A stretch of 57,761 nucleotides of DNA from an uncultured Dehalococcoidales bacterium (GTDB lineage: Bacteria; Chloroflexota; Dehalococcoidia; Dehalococcoidales; JAUYDJ01): the NCBI GenBank assembly GCA_964569555.1, contig CAZMTT010000001.1, positions 1 to 57,761 of the forward strand. The letters run 5' to 3'. The notes below the pieces were generated by a model. The model ran no database searches. It saw only the letters and a program-made list of their open reading frames with translations, and was not told the origin of the DNA. The translations under genes were made by a program, and so were the position numbers. This document shows, one piece after another, positions 9,872-18,457 of the stretch; positions within the stretch are counted from its first letter, which is position 1, and each line of letters opens with the position of its first letter.

Positions 9872-9908
9872 AACCTGAGGATAACAGGGTCTTCAGGTTA
9901 TTCTTTTT
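9872..9908 (+). terminator. rho-independent terminator-like hairpin after the wHTH gene
   Basis: Stem AACCTGA (9872-9878)/TCAGGTT (9893-9899), followed by ATTCTTTTT. Confidence 0.5.
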
Positions 9909-9931
9909 AACTTGGACAAAAGGAGAGTAGC

Positions 9932-10261
9932 GTGGCAGAGAAGAGAATGCTGATTATAGATGCTGAGGTGGCCGGGAAGATAGACCAGAACCGCGGCGAT
10001 ATGAGCCGCACCGAGTTTCTTAACTTTCTCATTGATAGCCAGCTGAAGGAAGAGGAAAAGGGAAATCAGACCGACTACGTGACCAAAAAGGAATTTCAGC
10101 ATTTTGCCGAGGGTATGAAGGAACTGCTGCGCAATTTCCTCGAGTTTTTCTTGAGCTATGGACTGGAGTTAGGCAAGGAGCCGCAAGACAAGACCTTTGA
10201 CGAGCTGAGCCAGAAGTTACAGTCTCTGGACAGCAACGCCGGCAAAGCCAAAAAACTCTAG
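9932..10261 (+). CDS. hypothetical protein with a ribbon-helix-helix-like N-terminus
   Basis: GTG start with SD AAAGGAG. KRMLIIDAEVAGKIDQNRGDMSRTEFLNFLID fits a strand-helix-helix (CopG/Arc-like) pattern. The C-terminal half is helical and charged. Confidence 0.45.
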   Translation: MAEKRMLIIDAEVAGKIDQNRGDMSRTEFLNFLIDSQLKEEEKGNQTDYVTKKEFQHFAEGMKELLRNFLEFFLSYGLELGKEPQDKTFDELSQKLQSLDSNAGKAKKL

Positions 10262-10369
10262 TTGCCCCCTCTTTTAGTGCCTCGCCTGCCGCTTCTACCG
10301 GAAAGCTATCCCCGGAACAAACGCATTAACTTTGGCGTTACCCCTGTGATTACCTGAGCGGGAAGGCAG

Positions 10370-11620
10370 TTATTCAGTGTACCGCCGGAAGATGAGCACG
10401 GAGTTGTGCCCACCAAAGCCGAAGGAATTTGATATGGCCGTATTCACTTTAGCCGGGCGGGCTTTCAGGGGCACATAGTCCAGGTCACAATCGGGGTCGG
10501 GGTGGGTAAGGTTTAGGGTGGGGGGTATCACGCCCTGATTGATGGCCAGAATACATATGATGGCTTCAATAGCCCCGGCGGCGCCGAGAAGGTGTCCGGT
10601 CATAGATTTGGTGGCTGACATCGGGATGTGGTAGGCGAGTTCGCCAAACATGTTTTTGATGGCGTGGGTTTCGGTCCTGTCGTTGAATAGTGTCGAAGTG
10701 CCGTGAGCATTGATATAGTCAACCTCGCTGGGGCTGACGCCGGCTTTCTCCATTGCCCGGCTCAGGGCTTTGGTGGCACCGACACCATCGGGTGAGGGCT
10801 GAGTAAGGTGAAAGGCGTCACTGGTGGCGCTGTAAGCGATAATTTCAGCCAGGATAGGGGCGCCCCGCTTGAGGGCGTGGCTGAGGTCCTCCAGCACCAA
10901 AATAGCCGACCCCTCACCGAGGACAAAGCCGTCGCGCTCGGCGTCAAAGGGCCGGCAGGCGCTCTGGGGTTCGTCATTCCGGGTGGATAAAGCCCGGGCG
11001 GCATTGAAGGCGGCGACACAGATGGGCATTATCGGCGCTTCGGTGCCACCGGCGACCATTATCTCTGCCTCTTCATGCCGAATCAGCCCATAGGCGTGGC
11101 CGATGCTATCGCTGCTGCTGGAGCAGGTTGAGGATGGAGCGTAGCTTGGCCCCTTGGCACCCAATGTTAGTGAGACCTGTACCGGGGCGGCATCTCCGGT
11201 CATGGTCGGCGCCAGCAGCGGGCTTATCCTTCTCGGGCCAGCCTCGCAGAGTACTTTTATCTGTTCGGTAACCTCAAGCAGACCGCAGACGCTGTTGCCA
11301 ATGATAACACCGGTCTCCTCGGCGTTGCCATCTTCTATGCTCAGCCCGGCGGACTCCGCTGCCTGCAGGCTGGCGGCAACCGCAAACTGGGTGAATCTAT
11401 CCATGCGGTGGGCTTCCTTCGGGCTAACATAGGCTAATGGGTCAAACCCCTTGACTTCAGCGGCGAACCTGGTGTCAAAAGACGCCGCATCAAAGTGGCT
11501 GATATAGTCAATTCCCGATTTCCCGGCGATGAGGGCTTGCCAGGTATCAGCCACGGTCAGGCCAACCGGACTGACCATGCCCATGCCGGTAATTACCACC
11601 CGGCGAGAATTAGAAAGCAT
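10370..11620 (-). CDS. fabF: beta-ketoacyl-ACP synthase II-type ketosynthase (FabF-like)
   Basis: 416 aa. Cys-His-His triad context: SSTCSSSSDSIGHA, INAHGTSTLFND, SMTGHLLGAAG. C-terminal SNSFGFGGHN. Confidence 0.85.
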   Translation of the reverse strand: MLSNSRRVVITGMGMVSPVGLTVADTWQALIAGKSGIDYISHFDAASFDTRFAAEVKGFDPLAYVSPKEAHRMDRFTQFAVAASLQAAESAGLSIEDGNAEETGVIIGNSVCGLLEVTEQIKVLCEAGPRRISPLLAPTMTGDAAPVQVSLTLGAKGPSYAPSSTCSSSSDSIGHAYGLIRHEEAEIMVAGGTEAPIMPICVAAFNAARALSTRNDEPQSACRPFDAERDGFVLGEGSAILVLEDLSHALKRGAPILAEIIAYSATSDAFHLTQPSPDGVGATKALSRAMEKAGVSPSEVDYINAHGTSTLFNDRTETHAIKNMFGELAYHIPMSATKSMTGHLLGAAGAIEAIICILAINQGVIPPTLNLTHPDPDCDLDYVPLKARPAKVNTAISNSFGFGGHNSVLIFRRYTE

Positions 11621-11834
11621 GCCTTATTTTCCTCCGTTGACCGGTGAATTTGGGGGTATTGTTGGTACGGTGTGCTTCGATGAAGCGGGCCAGGTCTTCC
11701 GGCGCAACGCGGTAGCTTCGACCCAGACGGATGGCATCAAGCTTACCCTGACGGATGTAGTTGTATATGGTCAGGGTATGAATCTGAAGAATTTCGGCTA
11801 CCTGTTTCGGAGTGAGTAAGTTGTTGTCTTTCAT
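11610..11834 (-). CDS. excisionase-family / MerR-superfamily HTH DNA-binding protein
   Basis: LLTPKQVAEILQIHTLTIYNYIRQGKLDAIRLGRSYRVAPEDLARFIE is a typical HTH_17 pattern. Its 3' end overlaps the ketosynthase start by 11 nt. Confidence 0.75.
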   Translation of the reverse strand: MKDNNLLTPKQVAEILQIHTLTIYNYIRQGKLDAIRLGRSYRVAPEDLARFIEAHRTNNTPKFTGQRRKIRHAF

Positions 11835-11927
11835 AGAATACTTGCCTTAGCCCTCTTATATCTCGGTCAAGTTGGCTATAGTCCATTTAGTTTAAGCATA
11901 AACGGCTATATGAGGTAAAGCGTTTAG

Positions 11928-11949
11928 GTTCTAGAACATTGTTCTAGAA
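11928..11949. promoter_or_regulatory. candidate operator: two copies of palindromic GTTCTAGAA, 13 bp apart
   Basis: GTTCTAGAAcattGTTCTAGAA lies in the divergent intergenic region between the HTH-ketosynthase operon and the GH3-like gene. Each TTCTAGAA is self-complementary. Confidence 0.4.
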
Positions 11950-12038
11950 TACAATCACTTCCCAAGCTGACGGAGACCTGCCATAGTTTTTCTTACCCGG
12001 AATTGGACATCTGGCAAGTCAGTTTGGGAGGTATTTAG

Positions 12039-13694
12039 GTGCCCCAGGCGGTTGAGCTTTTACGGCAGGGTAGGGGTGAAGAGTTATGGCAGATGTGCTG
12101 TGGCTATCTCACTCTTAACCTTGAGCAATTTATGACCATCCAGAAGCGCCTGCTGCTGGAGCAGCTGGAGCTATTGCACCGGTCGAAACTGGGTAAGAAG
12201 GTTATGCGGGGGGTAAGGCCGGATAGTGTCGAGGAGTTCCGCGAAGAAGTACCGCTGACCGACTATGCTGACTACTGCCCAGAGCTTGCCGAAAAGAGAG
12301 AAAACGTACTGCCGGCCAAGCCGGCTCTGTGGGTACACAGCTCGGGCAGGTCGGGTGAATATCCCTGTAAATGGGTGCCGTTCACGTCCACCTTCTGCCG
12401 GGAGATGAGCACCATAATGTACGGCATCGGCATGCTCTCCTGCTCCCGGGGGTGGGGTGATACCGACGGGTTTCCGACACATCCCCGGCTTATCTACACG
12501 GTCGCCCCCCGGCCCTATGTAACCGGTGCCATGGCGAGCATGCTGGAGCAGCAGACCCCCATCGCCTATCTACCGGCTCTGGAAGAAGCCGAAGCGCTGT
12601 CTTTTGAGGAGAGAGTAAGGCTCGGTTTTAAGCAGGCGCTATCCCAGGGGCTTGATTACTTCTTTGGCTTGTCGCTGGTGCTGGTTACGGTGGGGGACAA
12701 GTTCAGCCAGCCCGCCGGCAGCAAGATAGACATCCGCCCTCTGCTTTCCCAGCCCCGAGCGCTGTTCCGCCTGGCCAAGGGACTGACCAAGAGCAAATTA
12801 GCCCGGCGCCCGTTGTTGCCCCGGGACCTGTGGTCGGTAAAGGGGATTATGAGCGGCGGTCTGGATAGCGGGGTGTACAAAGACAGGATAAAAGAGCTCT
12901 GGGGGAGATACCCCCTGGATACTTATACCGGTACTGAGGGTGGTATCATGGCTACCCAGACCTGGGACTATGGTGGTATGGCCTTTGTTCCCCACCTCAA
13001 TTTCCTGGAGTTTATACCGGAAGAGGAGCATTTGAAGTGGCAGTTAGACCGTAGCTATCAGCCCAGGGCGCTCTTGCTTGATGAGGTAAAGGCCGGCGAG
13101 AATTACGAGATAGTTATCACCAACTTTCACGGTGGGGCTATGGTCAGATACCGGCCGGGTGATATGATAAGAATAACCTCCCTGCGGAATGAGGAGATGG
13201 GCATTGATATCCCGCAGATGGTCTTTGAGCGGCGGGCGGACGACCTGCTCGATTTCGTTTTTATTCGCCTGACGGAGAAGACCATCTGGCAGGCGATAGA
13301 GCATACTGGTATTCCTTATGTGGACTGGACGGCTTACAAGAAAGCCGGGGAGCCGGTGCTGAGCATCTTTATGGAACTTAAAGATGGCTACGAGGCTAGC
13401 GAGGCGGGTGTAGCCTCAGCCGTCCACGAGCAGATTATCAAGTCAGACAGTGATCGGGATACCAGCTCACTGGCTCGTGACGATTTTGCCGAGATGATTA
13501 ATTTCAGAGTAGAGGTGAATCTGCTCCCACGTGGTGCTTTTGCCAATTATACTGCCCAGAGGCAGGCTGAAGGCGCTGACCTGGCTCATCTCAAGCCACC
13601 CCACATTAACCCCTCGACAAAAGTGCTCTCTCTGCTGAGAGCCAAGCCTGAAGTGGCACCCAAAGTTGAGGCTGGAGCCGGGGCAATTCGCTAG
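12039..13694 (+). CDS. GH3-family adenylate-forming enzyme (acyl acid-amido synthetase-like)
   Basis: HSSGRSGEYPCKWVP (GH3 SSGTSxGxxK-type motif), YTGTEGG, GAMVRYRPGDMI (compare GLYRYRxGD). 551 aa. GTG start with a GGGAGG SD. Confidence 0.7.
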   Translation: MPQAVELLRQGRGEELWQMCCGYLTLNLEQFMTIQKRLLLEQLELLHRSKLGKKVMRGVRPDSVEEFREEVPLTDYADYCPELAEKRENVLPAKPALWVHSSGRSGEYPCKWVPFTSTFCREMSTIMYGIGMLSCSRGWGDTDGFPTHPRLIYTVAPRPYVTGAMASMLEQQTPIAYLPALEEAEALSFEERVRLGFKQALSQGLDYFFGLSLVLVTVGDKFSQPAGSKIDIRPLLSQPRALFRLAKGLTKSKLARRPLLPRDLWSVKGIMSGGLDSGVYKDRIKELWGRYPLDTYTGTEGGIMATQTWDYGGMAFVPHLNFLEFIPEEEHLKWQLDRSYQPRALLLDEVKAGENYEIVITNFHGGAMVRYRPGDMIRITSLRNEEMGIDIPQMVFERRADDLLDFVFIRLTEKTIWQAIEHTGIPYVDWTAYKKAGEPVLSIFMELKDGYEASEAGVASAVHEQIIKSDSDRDTSSLARDDFAEMINFRVEVNLLPRGAFANYTAQRQAEGADLAHLKPPHINPSTKVLSLLRAKPEVAPKVEAGAGAIR

Positions 13695-13727
13695 TACTTT
13701 AGTCTACCCCCTTTTAGTCTGCTTACC

Positions 13728-16700
13728 TTGGTTTCACTTGACACTTGTCCAAATTGGGGCGATAATTGCCTCGCAATGAATATCTACACCCTTTTCCCGT
13801 TAATTGCTACTGTTGCCTATATTCCACTGCTAATCACGACCATTAGCAGTCGTCCCTGGCAGAGGCGGCACCGGCTCTTTGTCCTGTTTCTCATTCCCGC
13901 CATGATGTGGAGCCTCACCGATGTCTTTCTGCGCAGTGGTCTCTTCCCGGAGCAAAGTCTCCTTTTACTTAAACTCCTTCTGGTTATGATCACCTGGATG
14001 GGGGTGCAATTCCACTGCTTTACGTCTTCTTTCTTTGCCCCCGGTGAGGGGCGGTGGCTGCCCTTCGCCTACGCTTCACTGGCGGTAGTTATCGCTCTGG
14101 TGGCGCTGGGTTATATCGGCGATGCGGTGGTTCCGGCTAACGGTGACAGGCTCTATCTTGATTACGGTATCGGCGCCATTTTCATAGCTATACCCCTGCT
14201 GACCTTTGTTGCCCGCAACCTGTATCTTTTCGGGAAGAGATTAAAGACTTTAGATAATCCGGTGCTATATAATCAGGTCTTATCGCTGATGCTCGGCATC
14301 TCCGTGCTGACTTTGTTTATTTTGGGCGCCGTCCTCCCTTGGGGAAGGGAATTTCCGGTAAGTCACTTCGGTAACCTGATCAACGCCTTGATACTCAGTT
14401 ACGCCGTCATCAGGCACGAGCTGGTGGATATCAGGGTTGTTTTGCGGCGGGGTTTGGAGTGGGTCAGCCTGGGTATTATCGGCGTTGGCAGCTACGTGAT
14501 GTTGCTGGTTTCCCTCCATATCGTCTTCCACTTTGCGCTTAGCCTGACGGCCACTTTTATCGCTACCTTGCTGGCGATACTGGTGGCTCTCTTTGTTTAT
14601 AAGCTGCGTGACCATCTCTTTATCACGGTGAGCAAGGCTTTGCTGGGGCGGAGCTATGATTACCGCCAGAAGTTAACCGGTTTTGCCAATAAGAAGATAC
14701 ACCATGTTTTCAGCCTCAGGGAGCAGGGCAGTGAGTTGCTTGAGCTGGTTACCAAAGCGGTTGGCTCTAAATGGGCATCGCTCTTATTTGTTGAGATTGG
14801 CAGCCAGCATTTCACCACTCAGTTTGTTGAGCCCCAGGGGCCCGACAATCCGCTGTCTGGCATGAGGCTGACCGGCACCAACCCGATTGTGGAGTATCTG
14901 GAACGGGAACAGAAGCTGTTAACCAGGGAAAATCTGACTATTTTAGCTGAGTTCCGCAGCCTGTGGGAGTCGGAAAAGGGGGAAATCACCGCCAAGGAAA
15001 TAGAGCTGTTTGTGCCTCTGGTGAGTCGTGACCGGTTAATCGGCATTCTGGTGCTGGGCAAAAAACAATCGGGCAAGTATTCCCTGGAAGACCTGAATCT
15101 GCTTGAGGAGATTACCAGTCGGGTTGCGGTAAGTATTGAGAAAGAATACCTGCGGGAACAGCTCCACGAGCGTGAGGAAGAGCTGTCCATAATTAACCGC
15201 TCCAGTGCCATTATGACCTCAAGTCTGGATATCCAGGGAATATACGGTAGCTTTATTGAGGAACTGAAGAAGGTGGTCGACGTTAGCTGGGCAGCCATTG
15301 TTCTGATTGAACCGAATGACCTCTATTTTGTGGCCCTGTCCTCCGAGATAGGCTCAGCCTGGCAGGTGGGGGAGCGCGTACCAATCAGGGGTTCGGCTAC
15401 GGAATGGGTAGCCAAGCACCGAAAGTCTCTCGTTGAGCCGGATTTAGCCCAGGAATGCCGTTTTAACACCGGTAGCTACCATCTTCAGCAGGGAGTGCAC
15501 TCTATTGTGTACCTGCCGTTAATCGCTAAAGGCAGAGTTATCGGCAGCCTGATTGTGGCCAGCTGCCGACCGAACGCCTATAACCCGCGCCAGGTGGCGC
15601 TCCTTGAGCAGTTGGCTTCCCAGATTGCCATGCCGGTGGAGAATTCCCAGCTCTATGCTGAAGCTGAGGAGAGGGCGCGAACCGATGAAGTTACCGGGTT
15701 ACTGAATCGCCGCGCTCTGGGTGAGCTGATTACCAGTGAAATTAACCGGCACTCCCGTTATGGCGGTATTTTTTCCCTGATCATTCTTGACCTTGATTCA
15801 TTCAAAGTGTTTAACGACAAATACGGACATTTAGCCGGCGACAGGGTTCTCCAGCAAATTGGCAGTATCATGAAAAGGGCGATAAGAAGCGCTGACCAGG
15901 CTTTTCGCTATGGTGGCGATGAATTTGCCGTTCTCTTACCGCATACCGGTGGTGAGGCTGCCCTTGAAGTAGCCGAGCGGCTTCGCCATCGGGTCGCTTC
16001 CGCAGTGGGCACGGCTGATGTGCCCATTACGATCAGCCTTGGCCTGGCTACCTGGCCGATTGATGCTGTGGTGGCTGATGGAATTATTGCCGCGGCTGAT
16101 GATGCCCTTTATCACGCCAAGCGAAGCGGGGGGAATCAGGCACAGCGGGCTTCAGTGGCGCTACCGTCTCCGGCAGAAGGCCGGGGGGGTGGTACCCGCG
16201 CTGAAAATGATGGCGCCTTAAGCACTATTTATTCTCTGGCGGCAACCGTAGATTCGCGGGAGCTCCACTCCCGTAATCACTCAAAGAGGGTAAGTGAATA
16301 TGCTGTCGCCTTGGCGGAGGCGCTTAATCTGAAGCCAAAGGTAATCAGTAGGCTGGAGACTTGTGCTTTACTGCATGATGTTGGTAAGATTGGTGTTAGC
16401 GACGAGATACTGAATAAATGGGACAAACTGACCGAGGAGGAATGGATAGCGGTCAAGACTCACCCCCAGATAGGGGCGGCTATCGTCAGTCATGCCTTGC
16501 AACTAACTCCGTGTATCGAGGCTGTTTTATATCACCATGAGAAGTATGACGGAAGTGGCTACCCGGAAGGACTGAAGGGTGAGAATATACCCTTGCCGGC
16601 TCGTATATTAGCTGTCGCTGATGCCTTTGTCGCCATGACCTCGCCTCGTCCCTACTCCCGAGCCCTGTCCAATGAGGAAGCCGCCGAGGAGATAAAGCGA

Positions 16701-16799
16701 GGTGCCGGCAAGCAGTTTGACCCTGAGCTGGTTGGGGTGTTCCTGGGCATTATTCAGGAGCGCGTCGGAGCGACTGAGGGGGAGGAGGTAAGCCGCTGA
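13728..16799 (+). CDS. membrane sensor with a 7TM-type N-domain, GAF domains, a GGDEF diguanylate cyclase and an HD-GYP phosphodiesterase
   Basis: The multi-TM N-terminus resembles the HisKA_7TM type. GGDEF at 15912-15926, with an RxxD I-site (RSAD) 5 residues upstream. HD...HDVGKIGV...HHEKYDGSGYP (GYP at 16557-16565). A more likely start is the ATG at 13776 (MNIYTLFPL). Confidence 0.9.
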   Translation: MVSLDTCPNWGDNCLAMNIYTLFPLIATVAYIPLLITTISSRPWQRRHRLFVLFLIPAMMWSLTDVFLRSGLFPEQSLLLLKLLLVMITWMGVQFHCFTSSFFAPGEGRWLPFAYASLAVVIALVALGYIGDAVVPANGDRLYLDYGIGAIFIAIPLLTFVARNLYLFGKRLKTLDNPVLYNQVLSLMLGISVLTLFILGAVLPWGREFPVSHFGNLINALILSYAVIRHELVDIRVVLRRGLEWVSLGIIGVGSYVMLLVSLHIVFHFALSLTATFIATLLAILVALFVYKLRDHLFITVSKALLGRSYDYRQKLTGFANKKIHHVFSLREQGSELLELVTKAVGSKWASLLFVEIGSQHFTTQFVEPQGPDNPLSGMRLTGTNPIVEYLEREQKLLTRENLTILAEFRSLWESEKGEITAKEIELFVPLVSRDRLIGILVLGKKQSGKYSLEDLNLLEEITSRVAVSIEKEYLREQLHEREEELSIINRSSAIMTSSLDIQGIYGSFIEELKKVVDVSWAAIVLIEPNDLYFVALSSEIGSAWQVGERVPIRGSATEWVAKHRKSLVEPDLAQECRFNTGSYHLQQGVHSIVYLPLIAKGRVIGSLIVASCRPNAYNPRQVALLEQLASQIAMPVENSQLYAEAEERARTDEVTGLLNRRALGELITSEINRHSRYGGIFSLIILDLDSFKVFNDKYGHLAGDRVLQQIGSIMKRAIRSADQAFRYGGDEFAVLLPHTGGEAALEVAERLRHRVASAVGTADVPITISLGLATWPIDAVVADGIIAAADDALYHAKRSGGNQAQRASVALPSPAEGRGGGTRAENDGALSTIYSLAATVDSRELHSRNHSKRVSEYAVALAEALNLKPKVISRLETCALLHDVGKIGVSDEILNKWDKLTEEEWIAVKTHPQIGAAIVSHALQLTPCIEAVLYHHEKYDGSGYPEGLKGENIPLPARILAVADAFVAMTSPRPYSRALSNEEAAEEIKRGAGKQFDPELVGVFLGIIQERVGATEGEEVSR

Positions 16800-16801
16800 T
16801 T

Positions 16802-17476
16802 ATGAATAAAATAAGAGTCATTGTAGTTAGCCCGCAATCCCTTTTCCGGCAGGGGATAGAGCATTCCCTAGCTGAAATGAGGGATATCGTGATTTCAGAG
16901 GCGGCTGAGGTCAATGACAAACTGCTCTCCGAGATAGAAAACCTGCCGCCTGATGTAGTCCTGATAGATATTGATGGGCCATCGGATAACGGGCTGTCCC
17001 TGGCCCGGCGCATAAAACAGCGTTCACCAAGCATTGCGGCGGTGGTGCTTACCTCTAACCCGAGCGACGCCCATCTCTTTCAGGCACTGAAAGCCCAGGC
17101 GGCTGCCTATTTGAACAAAGAGGTTACCGCTGATGAACTGGCCAACATCATCAGGCGCGTGTCTTACGGTGAACATCCCATAAATGAAAGCCTTGCCAAC
17201 CGGCCCAAAGTGGCGGAACAGGTGCTGCACCAGTTTCAGGAGCTCTCCTGGCGAACCGAGGCTGAGGGCTTTATTTCACCGCTCACCCCGCGGGAGCGGG
17301 AAATCCTTAATTATATCGCTCAGGGATATCCTAACAAGCAGATTGCGGCCGAACTGGATATCAGCGAGCAGACTATTAAGAATCACGTTACCTCAATCCT
17401 GCGCAAGCTGAATGCCAATGCCCGCACCGAGGCAGTAGTGGTCGCTATCAAGCAGGGCTTAATCTCTATTACCTAG
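16802..17476 (+). CDS. LuxR/NarL-family response regulator with a degenerate (pseudo-)receiver domain
   Basis: C-terminal LuxR HTH (REILNYIAQGYPNKQIAAELDISEQTIKNHVTSILRKL). The receiver keeps Asp (VLIDID), Thr (VLTS) and Lys (LNK). The acidic pair is replaced by Ser-Pro (VIVVSPQS versus VLIVDDHS in the paralogue at 19635). Starts 2 nt after the GGDEF/HD-GYP stop. Confidence 0.8.
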   Translation: MNKIRVIVVSPQSLFRQGIEHSLAEMRDIVISEAAEVNDKLLSEIENLPPDVVLIDIDGPSDNGLSLARRIKQRSPSIAAVVLTSNPSDAHLFQALKAQAAAYLNKEVTADELANIIRRVSYGEHPINESLANRPKVAEQVLHQFQELSWRTEAEGFISPLTPREREILNYIAQGYPNKQIAAELDISEQTIKNHVTSILRKLNANARTEAVVVAIKQGLISIT

Positions 17477-17496
17477 ACTCCCCCGCCTTGAGGCGC

Positions 17497-18324
17497 TTAT
17501 CTCTCCAGCAGGAATCTATTTATGGCGGCCGCCACCCCGCTGTGGTCAATATCAAGAGTAGTGTAGTCAGCCACTTTTTTGACCTCATCAGCGGCGTTGC
17601 CCATCGCAATCGCCAGGCCGGCGGTGGCAAGCAAAGATATATCGTTGCTGCCATCCCCGACGGCAATGACCTCGGTGAGGGATATCTCCAGGTGTGAAGC
17701 CAGTGTTTCCAGGGCTTTCCCCTTGGATACTTTAGGGGCAAGCAGATTGATAAAATCAACGCCGGGATAAGCCGGTGTTCTTGCCCAGGAAAAGTGGAGG
17801 CTATCCCCGAACTGCTGACAGAAACGCCGTGCCCTGGCCGCCTCTTCCGGAGTGGTGGTCACCAGCCCCCCCTTGATGATTCTTGCCTTCTCCCAGAGAT
17901 TGGTGAAATCAACTATGGTTGCCTCGACATCAAAGAACTGGCGGTGGGCTTCGGTTGACCAGGTCTCCCTCTCGGTAAAGTAGTCGGTCACCGTAAAAAG
18001 CTCAAGGTCCAGATTATGGACATGAGCCAGCTCCACCATTTGTTTCACCACCGCTTTAGTAATCGGCTGCACGTAGAGCTCCTGGCTGTGGTCGGGGCTG
18101 CTTACCAGAGCGCCATCAAATGTTATGTGATAGCTGTTCAGGGATAGCTGTCGGATAATGTTGAGGCAGGCTTTGAGCACCCGCCCGGTGGACAGGGAAA
18201 TGCCTACTCCCAGGTCCTGGGCTTTAGCCAGGGCGGCTCTGTCCTCGGCAGAAATCTTACCGTGTCTATTTACCAGCGTGCCGTCAACATCGACCACTAA
18301 AAGCTTATAGCAATTACTTAGCAA
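17497..18324 (-). CDS. Cof-type HAD-IIB family hydrolase
   Basis: LLVVDVDGTL (motif I), SLSTGR (motif II), AVGDGSNDISLL (motif IV). 275 aa. Confidence 0.85.
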   Translation of the reverse strand: MLSNCYKLLVVDVDGTLVNRHGKISAEDRAALAKAQDLGVGISLSTGRVLKACLNIIRQLSLNSYHITFDGALVSSPDHSQELYVQPITKAVVKQMVELAHVHNLDLELFTVTDYFTERETWSTEAHRQFFDVEATIVDFTNLWEKARIIKGGLVTTTPEEAARARRFCQQFGDSLHFSWARTPAYPGVDFINLLAPKVSKGKALETLASHLEISLTEVIAVGDGSNDISLLATAGLAIAMGNAADEVKKVADYTTLDIDHSGVAAAINRFLLER

Positions 18325-18457
18325 CTTTATGCCCTTTAGCCTGTTTAACTAATTCTACCCAAAACCGGCTCCCATCAGCAAATAATGAAGCCGCATTCAG
18401 GCTCATTCTACTTGACATATATAGTCAAGATAGCTTAGTTTTATAGCGGAGAAAGAA

